IMG/VR virus record: IMGVR_UViG_3300020577_009322
Span: 91,464-155,463 of that record
Length of the DNA: 64,000 nucleotides
Source of the DNA: a virus
Taxonomy: Duplodnaviria > Caudoviricetes
Reading direction: 5' to 3' (one strand)
The position numbers and the translations under genes are program-made. The notes below the pieces were generated by a model. It worked only from the letters and a program-made list of their open reading frames with translations. It searched no databases and had not been told where the DNA came from. Shown one piece after another: positions 37,659-46,600 of the stretch (positions are counted from its first letter, which is position 1; each line of letters starts with the position of its first letter).

Positions 37659-40600
37659 ATGGCATGTAAATATATATTTAACGGTATTGAATATAAGGAT
37701 AAACAAACTTTTATAGAAGAGTTTGTAAAACCTAATTTTATAAATCAACCTAAAACTCTTAGGGTTCAAGAATACCAAAGTGATTATTTTCAAAAATTAA
37801 GAAATGATTTTACTTTTAATGGAGAAAAACATTTTATTATCATTGATTCAACTGGTAAGAAACATTATTATATAAATAAAGAAGGAAAAAAAGCTACTCC
37901 TGATAAATACGAAGTCTCTTCTAATGAATATAATAAAGCCTTTGATGCTTTTATAGATGCGGGTGGGGATAACCAATTTCTAGCATTATTACATAAAAAT
38001 GATAATTGGATTACTTTTGGAATTAAAGCTATTATTCAAAATGCAGCAAAGCAAGGTTTTTCTAAAATACTCTTCCCTACTGGTAATACTGCTAGTAAAG
38101 TTGAAGGTCATACTACTTTAGAAGAGTTTAAAAAACAGAAAGAAGATAGAATTAAAGAACTTGAAAATAAACTTAAAGAAATATCTACTGATGAATTTTT
38201 TAATAAAACTTATAAAATAGTTGATAATCAAATTCACAAAAAAGAATCAACTAAAGAATATCCTAATTTAGCATTTACTACAAAAGTTTATAGTGAAAAA
38301 GAAGCTAAAGAAGTGGCTTATGAGTTTATGAGTAAATCTTCTAAACAAGAAATAGCTCAACTTAAACAAGAACTTGAAAGAGTTGAAACAGAAGGATTTG
38401 CTGCATTAAAACCTATTTATAATTTCTATGAAAATACTGTATCTAATATTCTTAAAAAACAAGGATATAATACTAAAGTAGTTACTGATGAATATGGTAA
38501 TACTTGGAATGAGGTGAATATTAATCAAGTAAGAGATTTAGCAGAAGTTTTATTACAACGTAATGAAGCTAATCAAATAATAGGTCAAGCTAATATTAAA
38601 GCTATGACTGTGTTAATTGATGCTATTAATCAGAAACAAGATACTTTACCACATGAATATGCACATCATTATATAGCTTGGTTTAGAAATACACCTATTG
38701 TTCAAGAAGCTATTAAAAAATGGGGTAGTGAGGAAGCATTGGTACAATCTATAGGTGAACAAGTAATTAAACAAAAAGGAGAAGCTTATAATTGGTGGAA
38801 TAATTTTGTTAAGTGGGTAATGAATCAATTTAATTCTTTATCTAAATTACAAAAAGAAGAATTAACTCAAATACTTACCGATGCTTTTTTAACAAGACAA
38901 GATTTAGGTTCTAAACAAGATATAGAAGGATTTAAAACCTTTGTAGATAAAATCAATGCTAAATATGATGCAGAATTAGCTGCATTAGATAAGGAAGAAA
39001 AGAAACCAGTAGGAAAAGAGTTAACCAAGGAAGAAAAAAACTTTATTGATTCAATTAAAGGATTGGATACTAGTAAATTAGGAGTATTTAAAGTATTAGT
39101 AGATACCTTAAATGACCCAGATTCTACTATAGAAGATAAGCAACAGACAATAAAAGAATTGGCTGAACAATTAGCTGATAAAAGAAGTGAAGAGTCTCTT
39201 GGATCAGCTTTAGGACAAAAGGCTTCAGATGCTCTATATAACTATATAGATAAAAATAACATAAAGGTAGAGCCAGTTGTAATTAAAAGTGAACCTCAGG
39301 AATTTGATGAAACAATACCACCTACTACACCAAAAAGACAGGAGGTTGTAGGATATGGTCCTATTGGAGAAAATCTTATATCTATCTTAATTGATAAAGC
39401 CAGAGAGAGTGGTTTATTTACGTTTGATAGTACTAATCCAGAAGAAATAGATAAGATTGAAGATGATCATATGATATTAAAGACAGCTAGTGATCCACTA
39501 GCTCTAAGACACCATATGATCATGGAGAAGTTGGATAGTATTTTTGCTAAAGATACTACTGATAAAGATAACTTTAAAGTTAAATTAGAGTTTATTAATG
39601 ATAATAATAAGGATTGGTTTTATAAGAAAGATGATAGAAAGAGAAATGAAGAAGCTATTATTGCCGTAATAGTAGATAATGATGGAAATTATCATTATTT
39701 TGATAAGATGGGAAATCTAACTACAAAAGAGTTAGGTTCACCATTTGCTGTAGAATATAGGGATCTTTTCTATACTTCAGAGTACTTAACATCCTCTAGA
39801 AACAATCTGGGTGATAAGACTTTAACAACTATTACCCCTAATTATAAAGGAGATAAACATCCTCTTTCTAAGATTTATACATTAATAGGTAATAATATTC
39901 CAGTATATGGTTCTATAAAAGGAATTACAGCTGGAGTATTATCATCACTTAATGCAACTAATTCTTTTAACAATACAACGAAATCCTCCTATAAGACTCG
40001 TCCTTTACAAGAATTATTCGATAAAGGTGAGTTAGATGAACAATTAATATCAGTTAAAGTAGATAAGGGTTTCTATTTAGATTACTCACCGACTAGTGAT
40101 AATCAGATGATTAAAGTTGGTCGTCCTACCGTTATTGATTATAAAACAGGTTTATCTATTCCTCTTATTGGTAGAAAAGTAAAAGATTTAACGTTTAATG
40201 GTCAGAAGATAGATAAATCTTCTCAAATGTATGAGGTTATTGATTGGTTAGATAAAAAGGGAAAAATATCCTTAGATAGTCTACGTCCAGACAAAACTCG
40301 TATTATTGCTACACTTGATGATATAGATAATATTTATCATTTCTTAAGAGAGTTATTATATAGTAAATTATTCTATGTTTCTCAATCTTCACCAGATACT
40401 ATTGAAATAAAGAGAAATATGAATAAAGATAAATCTGCTGTATCTTTATGGGATGCAGAGATTAATTATGTAGATAAGAGAGGTCCACTTATTAGTATTC
40501 CATTTACATCAGCTATAGACGAAAGTGGTAATACTGTTGGTGGTAAAATGGATTATGAGGATTTTCTTAGAGAGAACTTTGAAACAGGTGCTATACAAGC

Positions 40601-43600
40601 TACTATATCAAGTAATGATAAACGTTTTACTAAATTAAATAAAAGAGTAATATTTGGGTTAGATGATAGTTATTCTGATATGTTAAATAAACTGGATAAT
40701 AAAACTATCAGAACAGAGGATATTAAAGTAGGTGATAGATTTTCTCCAAATAAAGACTTAAGTAGACAATATGAGGTTATAGAAGTAGATGAAGATCGTA
40801 TTACATTACATGATGAAGTAAATGATGAAGATAAATCTATTAACGCAAAGGATTTAGTTAAATCTTGGCAGAAAGTTGAAAAGATAGTTGAGCCAGAACC
40901 AATTGTTTATAATGATTCACAAAAAGCAACTATTAAGAAAATAAAGGAATTATCTGTTCCAAAGGAAAAATCTACATATAGAGTTACTACCTTAGCTAGA
41001 CCATCCCAGGTAAAGAAAACATCAGGTTCTTCTTCAACTGTTATGGGAAATGTTATTGATTATATTGCAAAGAATATTTTCTCAGGAAATAAAGTAACTG
41101 CAGAAGATGATATTAGCATGTTAGATCAAAATGGTAGCAAGATCACTGGAAAATTAGGAAGTTATTTCCTTGGAAAAACTAATCTAGAAGATACTATTTC
41201 TAAATTAGTTTCTATTAAAGAATCTCTGGAGAAAGAATATGCATTTGTATCAGGAGTTAGAGTAAGAGATGAAGAAACAAATACAGGTGGTGAAATTGAT
41301 TTGGTATTAATCAATAATAAAGGAGAAGCTATTATTGCTGATTTCAAAACCGCTGGTCAATTATTTGATGATGCTCATTTAGAGCAACATTATAATACAG
41401 GAGTTACTGATAAAGAATATTTTGCTACTCAGGCTTATCTTTATGGATTAATGCTAGAGAAGCAAACTGGTATTAAAGTTCTATCAGAAAAAATTGTTAT
41501 TGGATTACCTATAAGTTTTTCAGAAGGAAAAAATAATATCTATGAAAGCAAGATAAAGGAAATAAAAAAGAAGGATAATTATATAGTCAGTTTATCAGAT
41601 GCTAATATATCTGGTTACTATAAAGTTGATAATAAACCATTTACATCTGTTAAAAAAATTGTTGATAAATATAATGAAGTAATTAAACAAAATGCTATCA
41701 CTCCAGAAGAAGGGTTAGATGCATTAACTGGAAAGAAAAAGAGAGGAAAGCCTTTAGAAATGAACATTAAAGGTATAATGGGAATAACTGCTTCAAATGA
41801 AGCTTTACAGAGAGCTATTGATCATATGTCTTCGATGTTTGGAGAGGAATTTATTGTTACATTTTCTAATACTATGAATAAATTTAAGTATGGTGAATGG
41901 ACAACTAATGGAACTATTCTTTACAAAAATGCAATCATTGATACACCTTATCACGAAGGATGGCATCAATTTAGTCAGCTTTTTCTTACTCGTGCAGAAA
42001 AATTAAAGATGTATAAATCTTTAAGGGATCAGGCTATTTCGTATATAGATAGAGATGGAGAAAAAAGAAATACATCTGATCATTATGATCTGGAAATAGA
42101 AGAATTTTTAGCTGATGAATGGGTAAAGTATGTAAAATCACCATCATCTTATAAATTTCCTGGAAAATATAAAGGAATTCTAGGATTCTTTAGAGATCTA
42201 TGGAGATTAATAAAAAACTTCTTCTCCTCTACCCATTCACCAGAAATATTGTTTAAGGATTTATATAATGGTAATCTGACAAATTATACCAAGGATATTA
42301 ATAATGCTTTATGGGGTAATCTTACTTCATCTATTTTAGATAGTGAGGGTAATGAAATATTAAATCATGTTCGTACAAACTTATATATACAAACTACTTC
42401 TTATTTTATTGGAGAAGTATTGAGAGAAAATAATAAATCATTCTCTTGGTTAAGACAGAATAGTAAAAATGAGTATATAAAAGATAATATTTTTGATAAA
42501 TTTGTTGATTTACAGGCTGATAGATTATCTAAATTATCACAGGAATCAAATTTATTACATAAAGTTTTAACAGATCCAGATAGTGTTCTACAAAAAACTG
42601 TTAAGGAAAAGAATATTCCAGAACAGGAGGTTACCAGATATATTGCTCAAATACAAGAAATAGAAAATTTATTAGCTGATGAAAATAATGCCTTTAATAG
42701 GTTTTATGATTATTATCTAAAGAACTCTGATATCGATACCTTAAGAGAAGGTAATGATAGAGAAGAAATATTAGATCCTCTTGATACTGAAGAAATTAGA
42801 GAAATACTAGAAGAGGATGGAGAAACAGAAGCACAAGAATACGATGAAGATACACCTTATCAAAAAGGATATAATGAAGGACCTAATGAGAAAAATCCTT
42901 TTACAAAAGCTAGTAAGGAAGTACAGGATTTTCATAGAACTATGCCTATAGTAATAGGTTATGATGAAGATAATAATCCTACTTACTTGACAAATGAATT
43001 AGGAATTCCATTAACTTATGATTATGCTAGCATTTTTAATATGACCAAAAGTATATTATCCGGAAAAGATAATATAGAAGATATTATAGCAAAATTAAGT
43101 GATCCTTATGTAATTAAAGTATTCCCACAAGCTAGATATATTAAGGAAAAACTACAAGGGTACATAACAAACACTACTCCAGAAAACTTCTCATTTCTAC
43201 AGAGATATGTGAAGATCATGGGAATGCCGGAAGTTGATAATAAGAAACTAACTGTTAATGAGGATGCTTTTAAATATGAAGGTTTAGATAAAACCTTAGT
43301 GAAAGTTAGAAGTTTATCACGTACAGGAGAGATATCTGATATAAATCAATGGACATATCAATTCAAACGTCCATCTGACGAAAGAGAAGCTATTAAATTA
43401 GATGATACATTATCCCCATATGATATATTTTCTTCTAACAATATCCTGTTTAATGTAGAAGGTCAATTATGGCTTAATCCATTTGTAGATTATTCAGTGA
43501 TTAAAGCCAATATGACAAGTAAGAAATTCTTATCATTAATGGGAATAGAATTAAATGATACGTTTTGGGATAATCCTTATTCAACACCATTTGCTGATAA

Positions 43601-46600
43601 GGTTGTTAGTTATCTATTAAATGATTTAATAACATATAGAGAATACTTAGGATCTCTTTTACAGAGAGATAAGGGTAGTATGTCAGATGAAGAATTAGAT
43701 GAGTTTTTAGTTTCTAAGAATCCTAATCCGATGGCTGTTAAAGCTATTATTAAGGATTACTTTATTAATAATCCAATACAACAATTTCGTGAAAGAAAAA
43801 CGTATAAGTATGGTGATAAGATTTTGGAAACTTTTTCTATCCATACATTACTGGAAGATTTGAGTAGACAAAACTCACTTTATTCACTTAATGCACCTTC
43901 TCGTTCATTTACAGATGGTGGTGGAAAAACCAAATGGCCTTATTATGAGCCATCATTAATAACTCGTAGAACTCAGTTATTAAATAATATAGAAAATATA
44001 GGACAATTTGATAACAATTTAGAAATGTTATCACTTAATCCAAATAAGAATCCTTGGTTAAAGAATACCCTTTTCTATAAAGTAATGTTTGACAGTGAAG
44101 GTAATAGAGCATATGTTAGTAAGAAGAATAAAACAGGTATATATGATGATGAAAAGATCAGAATAGATTTAGCTGATCTCTCTTGTTATGAGAATATATC
44201 AGAAGGATTCTATACAAGAAAGCATCCAAAGGACCTATCTGCTGTAGATAAACTGTTTTTTGATACTGTAACATTAATAACTGATGGATGGTTAGAAGTG
44301 CCTCGTGCGGCCACTTCCTCTTCTATTTTTGCTATAAAATTGAATAGTTATAACTCTGTTCCAAAAGGAACTGGGGTAGTTTCCCAATATCTTCCAATCA
44401 ACGTAACATCCTCTGCAGTATTTAGTGGTGAACGTTTCCGTGGAATAATGAGGGGTTATTTAACAGGAGAACTGCAGAAATTAAAGTGGTATTTTGATAA
44501 TAATCCTAATGCAGAGGATCTATCTAAGAAGATGGATGATCCTTCCCGTAACTATTTTGCTCATAATCTTAATGTATTTAAAGATATATTATCTCCAGAA
44601 TTAGCTAAAACTCTAATTGAAGCTACTCAAAATATGTCTGGAAAGAATAAGTATGATAATATTAAACAATTAGTTGAAGATAATAAGGATGCCTTTCATA
44701 CTGATTTAAGTAAATACTTTGTTAAGTATGTTGCTGATTTAATGAATAGTAAGGAGAATGCTAATTATAATGCAATGTCTAATAAACAAAAGAAGGTATT
44801 AAGAAATATACTTTCTTTATATCAGGACAAATCTAAATCTCAAGATATACAGGATGTAGAAAGAGATAAACAAATTGCTAGTATTCTACAGGAAACTGGA
44901 GGAAAATCATCAGCCTTGTCTTCCAAAGAATCAGCTAAGGGTAAGATTGATTCAGCTATGAATATTGTAGCAGCTATTTTTGCTACAAACCAGTTTATCT
45001 TAAATATTGAATACCATAACTGGTATATGGGTGATAATTATCTCTTTGCTAATCCATTTAAAAGAGGTAACTTAACAACAAATACTGGAACAATGGCTAT
45101 TGTTTCTCCACATGTTAATGAGATATTAAACAGTCTGAAGGAGAATACAATGCATTATATTTATACAGGAAATAAAGAAGGAAGAGATTATCGTATATTG
45201 AATACTATTCCATTAAAAGAAATGGTTGTGGAAAGTAAATATTATGATATGATGATTAATGATGTTATTAATTGGGAAAAGATGTTTAATCCTTTTCTTA
45301 ATATTTCCAATAGAAAAATTGAGTTGGAGAAAGCATATTCTGCCTATAAAGATATAAAAGCTGCTGATGGTCAAGCCAAGATAGGATTGGATGCTTATCG
45401 TAGATTACGTATTATCTATGGTAATTGGGATAATTCTACTGACGAGAAGGAATATATGAGACAGTTAGCTATTTTAAGAGTTAGAAAAAATCTATATTTT
45501 GATGAGAAGAGAAATCCGCTTACTGCAGATGCTAGAGAAGAGGCTATTAAAAGAGATCAGAAATTAATAGATGCTGGACCCCATAGTAGTTTTAATCCTC
45601 AAAAATTTGCTTATACAGGTCCTGAAATAATAAAAGATAGTAAGGGAAACCCTATTAGTGCTCCAATGCGTACTAAGTTTGATAAGACATCTCTTCATCC
45701 ACTTTTACCAGAAGTATTAGCTGGATCAGGGTTAGGTGATGAACACTTGATGAATGAAATGGCTAAAAATGATATTGATTATGCTAAGTTTGAGAGTGCT
45801 TCTAAAGGTGTTAAACATAACGATATTGTAGATTTTTACACAGAAGAAGGAATGGCTCAACCTAATATCAAGTTAGAAGACCATACTCCTGAATTTTTAT
45901 TATCTTCATTTTTGAAGAATCAGTTATCTACAGATGGTATGTATACTGAAAATACATTTGGTAGTCAACAACGTGTTATGTTCTTTGATGTTATCTATCA
46001 AGCGGAAGTACAAGGAAATCCTGCATTGCTAAAGAAATTAACTAGCTTACAGAATAAATTTTTACAGTCTGTTAATAATATTATGGATTATCAACGTGCT
46101 CAATTCTTGAATAGATTTGGTATGGAAGAGAGTGGTAGTGGTCAATCTTATAAAGTTGATATTATTGATAATGAACGTTTTGCAGCTGCTGTTAATTCAT
46201 TAGCTAAAACTAATAATTTTCCTGATAACATGATGGAATACTTAAAGTTTGATCCATCTACATCAACATATACATTTGATCCTTCTCTTGTTTTTAATAG
46301 AAAAGTTCTTATTGATACTATTGGTGGATTATTAGATGGTGAATTAAGACGTCTTAAGACTAAAGGGGCTGCGGCCATTCAGGTTACTTCTGGAGGTAAT
46401 ACATATAATAGATTTACTAATCCAACAGAGGAACAAATTAAGAAATTCGGAACAAATGGATTACACTATTATCATATAAAAAATGATGACAAAGGAAATC
46501 CATTACGCATCTCAACAATGGGTGTTAAATTAACATTACAGGGAGATTTTAAGAATTTACTTAATTTAAATTGGAACGGAAAGCAAATTAAGACTTTAAA

